Source: Ophelia neglecta (lineage: Eukaryota). Taken from it: 64,000 nucleotides of DNA. Made by a program: the position numbers and the translations under genes. The notes below the pieces were generated by a model that had not been told where the DNA came from, ran no database searches, and was given only the letters and a program-made list of their open reading frames with translations. Numbering within the stretch: position 1 is the stretch's first letter; each line of letters starts with the position of its first letter. The DNA is taken from positions 69,564,001-69,628,000 of the forward strand of contig OZ260664.1 in NCBI GenBank assembly GCA_965285935.1, given 5' to 3'. Positions 14,157 to 28,793 of the stretch are shown one piece after another.

Positions 14157-17100
14157 TCAAACAAACATATACGTATGTATATATGTAAATTCCATTCCGG
14201 AATGATAGAGTTACAGCTTACGGGGAAAAGTTAATTAAATAGCAAAGAATTCAAAGAACAAGTTAGAGAACATACTCATCATATTTTAAACTAATTTTGT
14301 TAGAAAAAAAAGCTTAAGAAAAAATTTGGAAGTATGAATAGAGCCTGTCAAACTTTACAGTATTTTCAATAATTATCAGCCATACGCATGTATACTGTAC
14401 TGTCCAGTCGTACTTGAACATGTCGAGCATTCTTTTATTTCTGTCCAAAGTGTTATTTAAAGGTCAATTTAAAAATTATTCGGTTCTTCATTCTAAATCG
14501 ACCTATCAATATGTCGTAAAATCACATTTCTAATCAACGAGGGGAATACATATTAGCATAAAGCAAGACAGAACGAACAAAAGAGCAGGCATCTGATTTC
14601 ACATAGAAACATAATACAAAGTTACTTCGCATATGTTACCAAAAACGTTGATTAAATATTCGAATGAAATAGTTTAAATATAAGCTTACATTCGCGAGTA
14701 TCTTTTTTGACCTAACATTTCTTGCAAAGTTAGGCAATATCTGTTCATATCGTGATGCTACTGTAATTTCATAACTCCCAGGAAATGTGATGCAAGTCAC
14801 GACTCATTGAAATGGTTATTACACTTTCTCATTTTACTCGACCAACTGGCATCTGGAAGGTGGCACCGTTTTTAAGCATAAGTTCCTTGCACCACAACGC
14901 AACAACCTAATAGATTCCGATTTATACTGATCTGATTAGAACAATTTCCTATTGGTTAGGCCTACATCATGTTATATATAATGATTTTATTAGCTGTCAC
15001 TACCTATATTGATTTACTCAAATGTATTTTTTGTATTTTAGTGGTTTATAATTATCAATCGTTCCATTTGTGCTCCTTTAAGGATGTCTACCTTCCTACA
15101 TGTAAGCAATGTAAAGATTAATTTTTTCTCCATATATGTTTTCCCCTTCGCCCCTATGGAAATGCCTGTAGATCGTGTATATTAAGGACACTTTAGTTGA
15201 TGATACTTTGCTTAAGACACCAGGTGTTTCGAAAGTTTTGTTATACCATGCCAAATAGTCACATATTGTTGGACGGGTGTTCTTCATATAATTTGACATG
15301 CGCCGACAGGTGATGAGTGTACATTTAACACCTTACATTCATTTGCTTTGTTTGACTTAACGTATACTTAAAGAATAGTTTTTTTGGCTGAAAGGAGCGT
15401 TATGTTTCGAATGTCGCAAAAAAGTAGTCGCTTTGATCTTTAGTTGTAACATAATACATATCTTTGGGGTGGTATACAATAAACTCCATCAGAACAGCAT
15501 CGGTCCCTTTATGTACCTGCTGGTCTTATTGCTAGTCACTTTCATAAAGGTTGGGGGCGTGGTAACCGCTTTCACTCATATAATCACAGAACGCTCCCAT
15601 ATGGTAGTCACACTATTGCTTTCATACAATTCGCCATCAACGTATCAGCCAGCTATTTGACAGGGCTATCAGCAAAATGGATGACCAGAAAGAAGACAAC
15701 TATTAGGAATTCAATTAGCATGGTTGTTATAGAATAAAGGTGAATTCAATTATGTATCCATATGACCTATCCGTCTTGCCTATACACCACATGGAAACTT
15801 CAAAGATTTAAAGAAACGTCCGCTTTTTCAGAACTAACGTCAAGATAAATGACTTTGATATTGCAGTGTGCTTTTCAATGATTGATATAGTAAACTGCGA
15901 AATATTTGAATAACCGAATGTGAGAGATATTGAAAAACCACTGAAATAAATAAGGTATTATGATAAAATGATCGCCCTCATTCATTATTTAAAAGTGTTA
16001 CCAATAGGAAATTCATTATTTTAAGGGCATGATAGTAGGCAGCATGATATCTGCCAAACCATGCTAATTAACTAATTTACCAACATATGTTCATACCAAG
16101 CCTTTTTAGTGCCAGCCCGCCTAAGGCTGGCTTCAGGGGAAAGTCCTCCTTCTTATATAAGCCATCATTTAAGCTTGCAAAACAAAAATCAAATATGGAT
16201 TGCTTAGTTAGACGGATACATGACTTACAAAACCATGTTAATCCTAAAAACAATATGCCTTACACATTTCTAGATATACATTCATTAGGGAAACATGGTG
16301 AACTTATTAAAATGAATTTGTAGATAGCTTATTGGGAAGAACCATCAATGAACATGTCGGGAATGCCTAGCATAAAATACCAATTACCAAAGTACTATCT
16401 TCTATCAGGCGACTAATAAAACAAGCTCGTTGTAAAACCTCGTCAATCATCTGTCTGATTGCCCTCTTTGGTATATCCTTGCCTCACCAAAGGGACTGAA
16501 AATCCATTAAAGCCACCAGGAGGAATTGACTATGATTGTGGTTATTTCCCGAGAGCTTGAGATAAATATATTATTTAATTATATTGCAGAGTTTAAAGAG
16601 GCAATCAGGAATAACGGATTATTCCATATTGAAATCTCGATAATGTTTCGAGTAATAAAACAGCACATGTTTTGCATTTCTGCACTTGCTCTTCTGGGAA
16701 ACCACCCTCCCTGCTAAAATAGAGAAACCCAAGACAGAGCAGTATGTTCAGTTCTGTTTAATTAAGCATTATACCATTCGCATGTAAAGATTTTGGATAG
16801 CATCATGTCATTCCCTTTACATCAGAATGTTACACGTTTTAGTATCTATGGAGCGGAGACATCAATGATGTATGAAACTTCTTATAATGCTAGCGAAATT
16901 ATATAACAGGTGAGGCAATTGCATTCAGATGGACTGAAACTCATCAGAATGTTAATTGTATGGCTTTGTCATTAAACCTCTATTAAACAATCTAAGTTAT
17001 CGGAGAGACTAATGCTCCGGCTTCAGAATAATTACAAAGAAACCTGCTTCAAAGACTAGCTTTATATTCAGATGAAATGTCCATTTAGAGCATAAACATG

Positions 17101-17328
17101 AAGACTACATTGTAAAAATCTAATGTAAATCCTCCATAATCAAAAGTAATCAATCCAAATGTGTTCCCAGTTCTATCGGTGGACTTAATTCCAGGTTTCA
17201 ATTTATAATATACAGTCTTCGACACTGTCAATATTCTTTACTGTCTAATGCTCTATATATTAAAACTTAAAAGAAAACGGATGATAATCGGGCATCAAAG
17301 AATATATCTAAAGTCATACATATTCTTT

Positions 17329-17332
<4 letters not shown>

Positions 17333-17360
<28 letters not shown>
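17333..17360. repeat. (TA)14 microsatellite
   Basis: Direct reading. Confidence 0.95.
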
Positions 17361-17364
<4 letters not shown>

Positions 17365-20300
17365 TAAAAGAAAGCAATTTTTAAATTGACTCTAGGGACT
17401 TTTTGTCACGAGACGAAGCCTCAGGATGCCTGTAATGATTTTACTATCAGATAACACTTGTCCCCCTTCACGTGTAATTAGGCAGTGACATGAACATTGA
17501 CCTGTTGTTGTTGTCGTATTTGAGGGCGGGGAATGTACAATGATATGCTGATGACCATGCTTCACCCGGGTATTAATTTACAGTATATCAGATTACTGAT
17601 CTCTATTGGTTACCACAGTGGGTCATGTTTTTCAGAGATTGCTATGTTCTGTCTTGTATAATGTCTTAAGTATTAATTGTTATTTTTGACGGTTCGTTTG
17701 TGTGAGCCGCATCTTTCTAAGGACCTTAGTGCATGTAAACTGCCTGCTGAAAAACCAACTCATTGAAACATCTTGCTATGAGAAAACTCCTATCCGTGTG
17801 TCTTTTTATTCTACAGTATAATCTGTATGCACAAAAGATATTGACAATAAAATAAACTACCATTGTTGATCACCTATATATTCACACAGGTGATGTTCTT
17901 TTGCCAGTTATTATATATCGAAAATAGATTACGAAAGTGTATGTCTGCTCGAATGACAATAATGTTCTAACAATCTCTTTGATATTAATTTTGATAAGTT
18001 TTGTGCTGTACTAAAGGTAACTTTATAGATGCAGTCTGTCACAACACATAACCAGTATAAGTGATGGCCAATTTATTGAACAGAGAACCGCGTTTTCTTT
18101 AAATGGGATGACATTGCCTCTAACTTCTTTGGGGAATACGCTAGGCAATAAAAGGGGCATTTGAATTTTATACAATGGAATGCCGAAGGCGAATTGAATT
18201 AAGATTCATTGGAATTGTAGCCTGTATCCCAAGGGTAAATGTGGATAGAGAACTTTCATACAGAATGCCCGAATGTGAGAAGATGTATCTTGGAAGAGGC
18301 CCTGTCCATTTTAATTTTGTCATCTGATTCGACCATAACATTTCGGAGAACAGAGAACCTTTCATGGTATGATGAACATTGGGGATTAAAAACGAATTAT
18401 CATTGTGTTAAATGACCACAACAGTGCGTACAACTTTCCTTCGTGCCTTAACGACAGATTTTGGTGATAACAAAAGCATTCACATTGTTCAATCGAGATC
18501 GCTTGTCCAGACAAAAGGCTCACCCAATACGTCTGCGCTGTTTATCACTGCTGTACAATGTAATCTGTACTTTATTGTTAATATAAACTGTTTAAAGGCA
18601 ATCAACAGATAAGGAATGTTTCCTCTGAAATCAGAATACTACAATGTCATATGCTTTACAGTCGCAGTTAGGTAAATTATTTTTTGATGGATGGTAGTAT
18701 TAAGTATTATTCATTTAATGCATATTTTGCAAAGTTTATCCTCCGTTTTTAAGAATATATATCATGCAATATCAACTTAGACCATTCCATCACTTTAGCT
18801 CGTAGATATGCAGTGAGGATGTGACACTGGTCTTGGTATCAAGCCCTTCTGGCTGCAGTAAATTAGCCCCGAATTCAATTGCTCAGTCAATTAAACGAAC
18901 AAAACAAGCCAAAAACAATTAGTATATTGCCTGATTACCGTCTGGCTGGCGTCCTTTCCTCCCATGTGGGCCTGCAGCGTCGATAAAGAGATTTATGGAA
19001 TCGGTTTAACTTTTTATTACGTCCCTGGTGTGTGTTATAATGCGATCAAATAAGTCTTGCATCGAAAATTATAGAACTAATTATCTTAAATTCCAGCACT
19101 TTCGATGATCTCATTTGAGTGCCGAGGTAGATAAGAATAGAACTAAACAATGTTGAACGGCTGACTGAATCCCTTAACGCTCTGATGATTTTGATAAAAA
19201 ATCTACAAAAATAAGACCACTGGACAGTATTAAACCTTTAAAACAAGAACAACATAATCACAGTAAAATGTCAGCAGTCTTTGTCTAATAATTTCTTCGC
19301 TCCCAGTTTGTTTACACTTCCACAATATAGAAAATGAATTACGTGCCTTTAACTTACAGTGAATATAAAATACCTTCTTTATTTCTTTTAAGGGCAAACA
19401 GCATCTGGTGATAACGTTACTTGTGTGACCCCGAAAGAACGTGGTAAGACATAAATGACTTTTGCCATAAAGGCCTGAATAACTAAACTTCTAAAAAGCT
19501 CATCTGCCGGACAATGGTGCTGTCGCTTATTAACTTTTCGATTCTTATTGACATTCTGCCGGGCATTTATCCAAATTAAAATCGTTATTTCGGACTAACC
19601 ATGACTAATGTTCATATCTCCGACAAAAAGAAGAATGGAAAGAACGAAAAGCACCATATAGGCGATGTTTCTTCTTAGCATTCCTGCCAAGCAAATATCA
19701 TTAGCATCAGCAGACTGAATGTAAAGCCCTGTGTTGTTAATGGAAACTATACATTATCGGACAATAGAGTCCTACCGGTTAATTTTTTTCTTGTCGTCTG
19801 CTACATAATCATAGAATATTATTTTATAACCACTGCCCTAGCTACCATTTCAGTCGCTGAATGTAGTCAGGAAGCTTTCTTAGGTCGTACAGTGGCAATG
19901 GCGTGTTAGCAATCAAAGTCTCATTGACAAACGATAAGAAGGTAACATGTCATAATGTCACGGGCTATGGGGACTAAAATCATCACTGATTAATCCACAT
20001 GTAGATATTTGTTGGGATACAGTTTCCTATATGGACTGACTTCAAAGTTGAAAAAAAAAATATTGCCGGGATTTGGAAATGGTTAATTGTTAGAAATTCA
20101 TAATAATACTTGATTCAATTGGCCAGAGGGCCAAATGATGAAGGTCGTGTATTGTTCTCGTGTCAATAAATATACACTTTATTGGTTTTAGACAATAGTG
20201 ATGCCCAGATGTTGATTAGAAATGATGACTGGCTGTTTTATTGGCACTCGGTTATAGGTTAGGGTCCTTTGGTGTAGGGGTCTATTAGAAGGCGATAAAA

Positions 20301-21554
20301 CCAACCAACATACGTAATCTTGCCTATTATCTTGCAGATTGCCGTCTAACAACCATTCATTAATTCACGAATCTATGGTAGATCAAGTGGAGACCTCTAG
20401 ATAAGTTAACTGATATAAATTTCTAACATTAACAAACCCCTCGAGACGTCTATGAAATCATCAATCTATGAAACCATAAATGATGCATATTGCACCGAAC
20501 TGTCATATTGTTCAACCCGGAAATTCTATTTAAAGATAAGCTCCATATATCAAAGAATCTTTACCACATTGCTTTGAATATCTATTAGGGTTACAATATT
20601 CGATCGAATGCCAATTATATTTGTGGAAAGGTTATCTCTATTCTTTCTCCTGCATTATGACAGACAGCTTTACAGTAATATTTCTTTATCTTTTCCGTCG
20701 ACGTCAACTCAGTGCATACTGAGACTAATATATCATTGTAGTCAAATATATCGTGTTTTCCTTGAAATGAAAAAGGTCATTCATTTTCGTTTTTTATCCT
20801 AACACCTAAGTTATATTATCAATCTTGTCAGGACGAAGACTAAATATGTCCAAGAATATTCAACGATGGACAACGCGCTTTCATAAATGTTGTCTCTATA
20901 AGACTTGTATAATGAAGAAAAGAACACTTCCTTGCAAGAGTGAGAAGTGTGAGGTACAATCCTTGTGAAACGCATATTTAATGACGAACCGAGCACACGA
21001 CATCAATACTCAAGGGAGTACTTTTAGCCTGTAAAAACCAAAGTAATGATTTTGAAGTGCTCAAGCTGACGCCTGTCCCTTTGTTATTTCTATCGTTAGG
21101 GACACATTAGGAACGAGGATTAATTTCCAGTTAGGATAGTTTGATAAGCAGTATATCTGCCAGGTGTACAGGTGGCTTACTGTATGACAATAGGAAGAAT
21201 TCATCTGAAACGGAACTGCCACCTGGTCAATCCCATCTTCTCACTCAGCTAAATCCGTTGACACCTGCTGTTCTCATTTGAGAGCAATCACTGTATCCCT
21301 CTGTAGCAGATGATGCTTTAGGATAATAGTTAGCAGTTATGCAATGATCTTAAACTGGATTAAGGATTGACAGGTAGTGAAGATCGACACATAAATAGCA
21401 CTCGATCAGGTACTAGGAAAGTTGTATCAGATTTGGTGGCACCTTCTCTGATAACATCCTGTACAACCAAGTGTCCGGATCAAAATTGACATGCAAGCAC
21501 AACCAACTGTGTGGGTTTCCTAATGAACATCTTATATATACACATGTATATATA

Positions 21555-21573
21555 TGTGTGTGTGTGTGTGTGT
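21555..21573 (+). repeat. (TG)n microsatellite with adjacent TA repeats
   Basis: Direct reading. Confidence 0.9.
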
Positions 21574-24500
21574 TTGAATATGTATATTGCTGGCTTCAAA
21601 AATTTGAAATCGTCTTGTGACCCTCACGAGATGCAAGAATAGAACCATCACATGTGCTCATGTTCATAGAATACATAATGTTGACGTTTTTCATCAAAGA
21701 AACTAACGTAATATATGATGTGTGGGCAACATGACATGTTAAGCTTTTTAAATAGACACTGCAACTGTCAGATAATATGTTATGGGCTGAACTGATCCAC
21801 ATTTTCCTAATACGACGTTTTATTTATCAATCGAATGCTGGGGGCGGGTTTAATTAATTCGAAAGCTGGATTACTCTAATAATCTCCCCTAACCGCTCGT
21901 GCTTTTATTTGAATTTGTCCACACCTATAATAGGCCTACTGTAAATTGTCGTACGGAATGTCCTACACTTGTTATTGAGTTTACATGCTCGACATTATCA
22001 GCGCTATATATTCACAACACATTTCTAGGTTAGCCAGGGCGCTTCCCCTTCGAGTACCGTCGGCATTATAATATGGTTAGGAATTATATTACATTACGAC
22101 CGACACATGACACGGACACACCAACATATTATCTTAAATGGACTGGAGGCTTAAGAAAATGGAGCTGCAGGTCGTGCAATGAAATCTGCTCTTGGTACTT
22201 CCTGGAATAGGAATACCAGATGAATCACAGCTAGCGAGCTTCTACTTATAGCTTGATATTTCATCAAACATGGACAAACATTGTCTTTAAACACTTTTAA
22301 AAGTTTTGGCGTGACTACAATTGCCACTGTGACGTTTTATATATAACTGATTCAATTGAATCATTGCCAACCTCTCATCCCACATCTTACATTGAACTTA
22401 TTGAACATAGGCATTTTAAAAGTTTGTTTATATTGAGTGTATTACAGTATAATGGTAACCTTACTTGTTCAGATCATTTCTGTGCCAATCAGTGTAAGCA
22501 TTTCGTTTGAGCTAGTCCTGAGCAAAGACTCAGCAAGCAGACGATCACGGCAGACAGATGTGTTCGCTGTTATGCTGCCCGCTATCGATTACTTTGGACT
22601 TAGGGCCTGGGGGTTGAGGGAGGTTGACAAGCTTGTTGGTTTTCTTCCATCTTTATCTTCATTAAATCCGGAACCTCGGGGCAGCATGCGTTATTACATG
22701 GGCTTCTTGTGTCGGCTGATATCAACCAAATTCACGAATTCATTCATTTTACATGTCGTACCGCTACCATCAAGCCGTATAAGAACATGGCTCAGACTAC
22801 TGAAAGGATATAGCAGCGATATTTGTCTTTGTTGAGAAGCTCCATCCGTATTGTAACTGAGCAAGTGGAAGATCATATTTTTAATAACGAAAGCTGCATA
22901 AATTGCATGCATTTTGTTTCAAATAACGTTTAGCTTAGGAAATCTGTAGCTGTCTTACTTTCTAAGTTAAATCACACATTGTCAAACAGTCAGCATAAAG
23001 AAGCGGGTTTTTTTTGCCAAGATTACGAAGATGCGGACGAGACTTCGACACCATAGATCGGAATCTGATCTCCAATATACGGTGGTCTTTGTACCTGGGC
23101 GCCAAGACTAGGTGGTTCCCAAGCAAAACTAGTGATGAGTTTTGACACATGTAAACCAGGTGTGAAGATGAGAATATTGACGTCACCTTTGACGTGTAAG
23201 AGGTGAGAACACTGTAATCTCGGCCTTAACACTGAGAGCAAAAAAACGCTAGTCTCTGACACTGGGACCTGGATATAGATGGGCCATTCTGGCAGGGTTC
23301 GAGAACAACTCCCTTTCTACCTGGTGAGCATTGTCTCTGCATTGGCGTCCATATTCTGCTTTTTCTCATCACCAAGCATGGACGCTAATACCATAATGGC
23401 CGTAATATAACCATGATAATAGTAAGCCGTATTGTTGTCGAGAGAGAAGCTCCAAATAGGTTCCGATTGGCATAACTGGCAAAGCTAATGATAAGAACTT
23501 AATATAGGCCTACTCAAGAAAGACATGTCTGTCTGCCATAAATTGGCAGCAATGCTTAACAGCTGAACGAAAATTTGCATTGTACTTTCGAAATAACACA
23601 CATCGAAGTATTCGTCTTAATGACCAACAACTACCAATTTAATGCATGACAATATTTATTTTAAGATACGACATTGTCTTAATAGACAGTTTGCGTACTC
23701 TAAGCTTCTGTTGTGTGATCTGTGTGATTTACGTCCTGGCACTGCGGGTGCCTCTCTCCTCTACTATCTTCACACAGATGTAAACAGTGGCTTTTACTCG
23801 CCCGATTAAATCTTCAACTCTAATGATAAATGCATTCACCTGCTTGGAGGAAAACTCAATGGATAAAACTAGATAAATCACTGGCAATTTCGAATCGTAA
23901 ATCTCAACTTTAATGATTTTTCAAATGGTTAGGTTCTCGATTTAAATACTACCTCAGGGGATCGTTTTTATTCTCCTGAGGCAGTGAGGCGAGCCGGGTC
24001 CGAGTATATTAACATAGCTAGCCGCGGGGCACACACGACAAGACAAAACCCGAGTTAGCTTTAATGAAAGTGCCCAAAGGACGTGTAATAGGACAATTGG
24101 CACCTGGTAGTACCCGTATTACCCTTGGCCTCCGGGGCCTCATCCATGCACTTCCCAGCAGCGGCCTGGCCCATGATACCTATCACATCTCTGACAATGA
24201 GAGAGTCCTTATCGTTCAGGGAGAGACGTCTTATCGGTGAAATGACTGACATCCATACAGGATGGCTCCCGGTGCCTGGACATCATCACACCTTTAAAGA
24301 GCCAGGTACAGCACTTGACACCTTGCTAAGTCCAACCAGTGAAAGGGTGAACGAAGCAATACAAAGGAAAGGTTATAATGATGTAGGCTTGCCGCCTCTT
24401 TAAGTGCGATGCTCATTACATAAAAACGTGAATAGGGACCTATTAAACAAGTCTGAGGCCCACCCGAAGGCATAAATTACAAAATCGCATGTACCAAGTG

Positions 24501-27500
24501 TCTGCATCAAGGATCTGATATGAGGTGGACAACATATAAGTGATTGACTAAACTTGAAAATTATATCAATACGTATCCCAAAATCGCTGACTTTATCAGT
24601 AGTCTTAATTAATTAATTCTAATATTTAGATGCTGGTATGTTTAAGAGAAAATTTTAGTTAGTATAGTAATGTTTATTATGCTTTTGAGGGCATTTTAAA
24701 AGCAAAAAGGATATGTGTTTAAGTTAACACTACAGTATATAATGTGTCTCTCATATCCAATGTGTAAATCATAACAATAAATCAAACTAACAATTCGGAA
24801 TTAAAGTTCTTTTGTTTTATATTCAGGTGCATGGCCTGAAATACCCGGGCCAGGTCACACTGCACTTCAGTTTGATAAACAGGTATTAGATGCGTAAGGT
24901 ACATCGCCGAGGTGAATTCCTTATTACAAATTCCAAATTCTTAACAACATTTAAATTCATCGCTGCTTTTCCTTTGATGTTTCCCATCAACTGAAAAGGA
25001 AGAGTCGTTAATAAGCAAGTCTGTCATTTACGCGATATGCAAATCGTGTCTATCATGAGTTTCTATGGCGCAGTTGGTAATTGAATTCTAAATTTGGACT
25101 GTTACGGGTCGTTTGTTTGTAAGGAAAACACCCCTAAAACACTGTGCATAATATACCCTGTATGACGTGTGAATGTAGTGAATCGCGATTGATAACTTGA
25201 GGGAGTGTGCAGCGATTAAATAGGAGAAAGTCACTGGCCCGCCCCCAATCGTCTTGAAAGGAACATGCAGCCTATATAGCGGGTAACTTAAAAGGATAGC
25301 TCTCATCTCCAAAACGGTTATTGTGTACCTCTTCAGCCGTATTGCTTTCCTTACAAATCGGCAGATAAAAGAGAGCGCTTCGTTTTGTGTGGAATTGAAA
25401 ACGATGAGAGGGGCTCTTCCTGCTGAATAGAATATTAAAACACTAAGGGCTAAGTACTCGTGTAAGGGCTAAGAGAATATGCTCTCCTGACCTTTCGCTC
25501 GTTTATCCGGCCCTTTATGTCAGCCCTTTCCTCCAGACTCATATGTGTTCACTCTCCGAGTTTCATCATTCCTGACTTGCGTGTCTAAGGTTTTGTTCCC
25601 CTATCTCGGAAGTCCAGAGAAAAGCAATTTACAAAGTGCTATATCTGTGAGAGGAATTGTCTAATTTTCATTCGCGCTGCTTTGAGCGGAAAACTCGCTT
25701 TAAAAATGAATCGTTTGGTATAAATTTTGTTGGAAACTTGATCACCAGTTTCCTCTTAACATGTAGTTTAACAGTTTGATAACGAACCCGTGTCAACAAG
25801 ACATTCTCGGTGTAGTTCTTTACAGTAAATGATGGAATCCATTGAGCTATTAAACGTCAGAAATTTTCTACTTATTTGGCTTATAATCAGTTGAAATTGC
25901 GAAAATTAAGATGATGTTATGAATATTTCCAGAATATGTGTCGATTTTTACAATTTTAACTCGACTACTTTACTTTACTGCCTGACTGTGGTTTTATTTA
26001 CTTATTTAACGTGGTGAGACTGATGAACTATCAACCTCCACAATATCTATGACAAACTCACCAGTAATAATGATCTTGGTCATAAACTAATAAACGTGTC
26101 AGGCACTATCACTAACAAAATGGGTTAAATTGTTTCCGGCCGGGGGAGGGGGGGGGGGGTTCGAGGCGACATGGAATATACTTGAGAACTTAAGAGTGGC
26201 TTGGGTTTATTGGTCGGGGAATTAGGACATAAGAAGGATAGGGGGGTATGTGAAGTTTGAAATCCAACAACTCTCACCTATTTGACACGATATGAGGCTA
26301 AATCTTAGTGTCCCAATGAGCATAATTATATGACCCTGTCTTATTTAGTGCAACTGGCATCTTGAATTACTAAACGCGCTTAAAACTATATACTATTAGG
26401 TTCTAGTGCTGTTCTGCATGTCTGATCCCATTTAATCAGTTAATTATTGACCGTCTGCCCTTTGCTCTTATTAATTTAATTGAATTAAACAATGACACAC
26501 TTTCAGATCAACCTTGTTGTGCGAGTTAGAAAATGACGATGAAGACTAAACTGATTTGAGAGCATTGACTATGGAGAGACAACACGCATGTATTATCGGA
26601 TTAACCATGAAATATTCAGAGATCTGTATACATGTAAAGTTCCGGGACACAACCCAGACAAGCAGGATTGGTTCCTTGGGGCCTTAGAGGTTTCTCACGA
26701 AGCTCCGCCAACAAATATAAAAGAAAAGCATTAACTCGCTTGATCAACAATGCAAATGATCTGATGTTATCACCACAAGCAGTTTCGGAAATTCAAAGAC
26801 CAAAGGCTATGAGATTTCAGCCGGGAGCCCACCAACGACGATCACTTACTAGTCATTAGATGAATATTTATAACAAATATTACCATATTTTGCTTAGTTT
26901 TTGCACACGTCTGCTTTTGTTACTGTTCAAGATACCGCCCTTGAGATTGCAAACGTTGTGGCGTTTGACCCAAGGGGCTGCGAAATCCAAGCTCACATGC
27001 ATTCATGGAATACCTCCGAACTACGTATTGCCGTTGATAACTGAAAGTGGCGAGTTCGCCTACCACTATTCGCGCATTGCAAACTGGGCTACTCGAACCA
27101 TGACAGCAGGTGCCTTATGATCCATTGACAAAACTGATGAATAGATGTGCTTTGTATTGAATCGTTAAGTATCTTTTTCATACAACTCCAATAGCCTAGT
27201 ATTGCCCATACTACAAAGGCGGGTACCAGATTTGCGTCTAGAGTTATGATGAAAGGATCACATGCTTATAGACCCCTACTTATATAAATGCTGGTGTGTT
27301 TTATCCCGTCTCAATAAATTTAATATGCTCTTGACAGTCGTGACGAGAGTCCCTGAATATATCAAGCCATTTATCACTCAAGATTTACCCTGAATGCAAT
27401 ATGACTTTATTACAATTGAGCCATTGTCATACAGCGGGAGCGTTATATTGGAGGAGCGTAACCATATCAACCATCACCACACGTGATTCCTTGTCATAGG

Positions 27501-28013
27501 AAGCCTATGTGCCCTCTATCCCGTCATTATTGGAAAACTTTGCCATTGAAGGTGAAACAGTTACAGGTTTTGTCAAGTATTGATGTTTAACAGCATGCAG
27601 CCATCCGAAATACTAAAAGTCTTTTTGTGATGAGTTGATGGATTACAGATGATAAAGAGAACGCTGATTACTCGAATCAATATTTTATTGTTGGATAACG
27701 CCCATCAGGGACAACGAGCGGAAGAAATGAATCTTTACATGACTGTATAGCAATGACAATATTGTGGATTAATACATACTTGCCGGCAAAGTTAATGCTG
27801 TACAACAACTGAAAATCACATATACACACTTCGCCCAAGGTACTACATGCATACACGAACAAGACACATGGCAAATGGCAAAAATGTTAAAAAGCGGGGC
27901 AGGCATGCTAATGTAAAGTAAATCAAACCGAGCAGTGTTCCCCTTCAATGAAATGACACAGCGCATTGGTGTACGGCTCTAGCTATGAATATCACATCGA
28001 CACTGGTGTACAG

Positions 28014-28019
28014 TTTATT
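28014..28019 (-). promoter_or_regulatory. First AATAAA polyadenylation signal downstream of the protocadherin stop (candidate)
   Basis: tttatt on the + strand, ~280 nt after the TAA; further candidates lie downstream, so the true 3' end is unknown. Confidence 0.3.
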
Positions 28020-28296
28020 CATAAATCCAAAAGTTGTCATTAATCCCGATATATGTACTTGGAACATACGTGTATGAAATGTTTAATATGAGACACAATT
28101 AGCACGTTGCCAAATGGCGAAAGCTTTAAATAAGCTAAATTGTTTTAATTCCACTAATGGCATTGGTTGCCAGTTGTCATGGACTCGCTCTCAATGTCTG
28201 AGTCATCTACTTCCACGCCCTTTCACTTGGGCAAATATCATTACCCGGGGGCTGTGACAAGGGGCGGTTAAATAGGACGGCGTTCCCGCTCGCCAT

Positions 28297-28793
28297 TTAC
28301 ATAACCTCTATGTTTTCCTGTGAGACACATTGTTTGTAATCACGTTCATCAACAACGTAACTTCCGGCGATGGTGGTGGCGTCATCGTCGGAGAAGAAAC
28401 TCTCGTTATGCCTATCGTTTTTTGGTGTGATCTCAGCGTTACATATACTAGAGTTTGTGCTATATCCACTGCTGCTTAGCGCATGCGCATAACGAGTTCC
28501 GCCGTGATAATCCCCCGGGGACGACTGACCAAGTGGAGCGTAACCGTTGTGATCTCGTGTCTGGCTAACATTCGGACAAGGACTCTCGTAGGGATTCGGA
28601 TTTGGACACACATTAGAAGCAATTTTGGTGAACTTCTCCGGCCCACTATCACTTCTGAAAGTTGTGAGGGGGGTTCTTCCATGGTAGGCGCTACTGTCTC
28701 TTGAGTTACTCGCCGAGTTATGAAATGGTCGAGTTTGGAGTATCATAGACACATTTTTGTTCTGTACAGCACCAGTGAGCCCATAAAGGAAAC
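28297..28793 (-). CDS. Pcdh: Protocadherin terminal coding exon 3 (cytoplasmic)
   Basis: Acceptor tatctatttcAG|GT at 28794/28793 completes a GGT codon with the phase-1 G of exon 2 and continues in the frame of ORF 28297..28863 to TAA; Ser/Pro/Asn-rich tail with LTTFRS and DDDATTIAGSY. Confidence 0.85.

Noticed and set aside
22437-23400. Cluster of short ORFs with faint hAT-transposase-like words (TDGAS; LKR..TDW.RN.L) on the minus strand
   Set aside because: Interrupted by stops, spacing far too short, no TIR/TSD found; cannot be supported without a translated search
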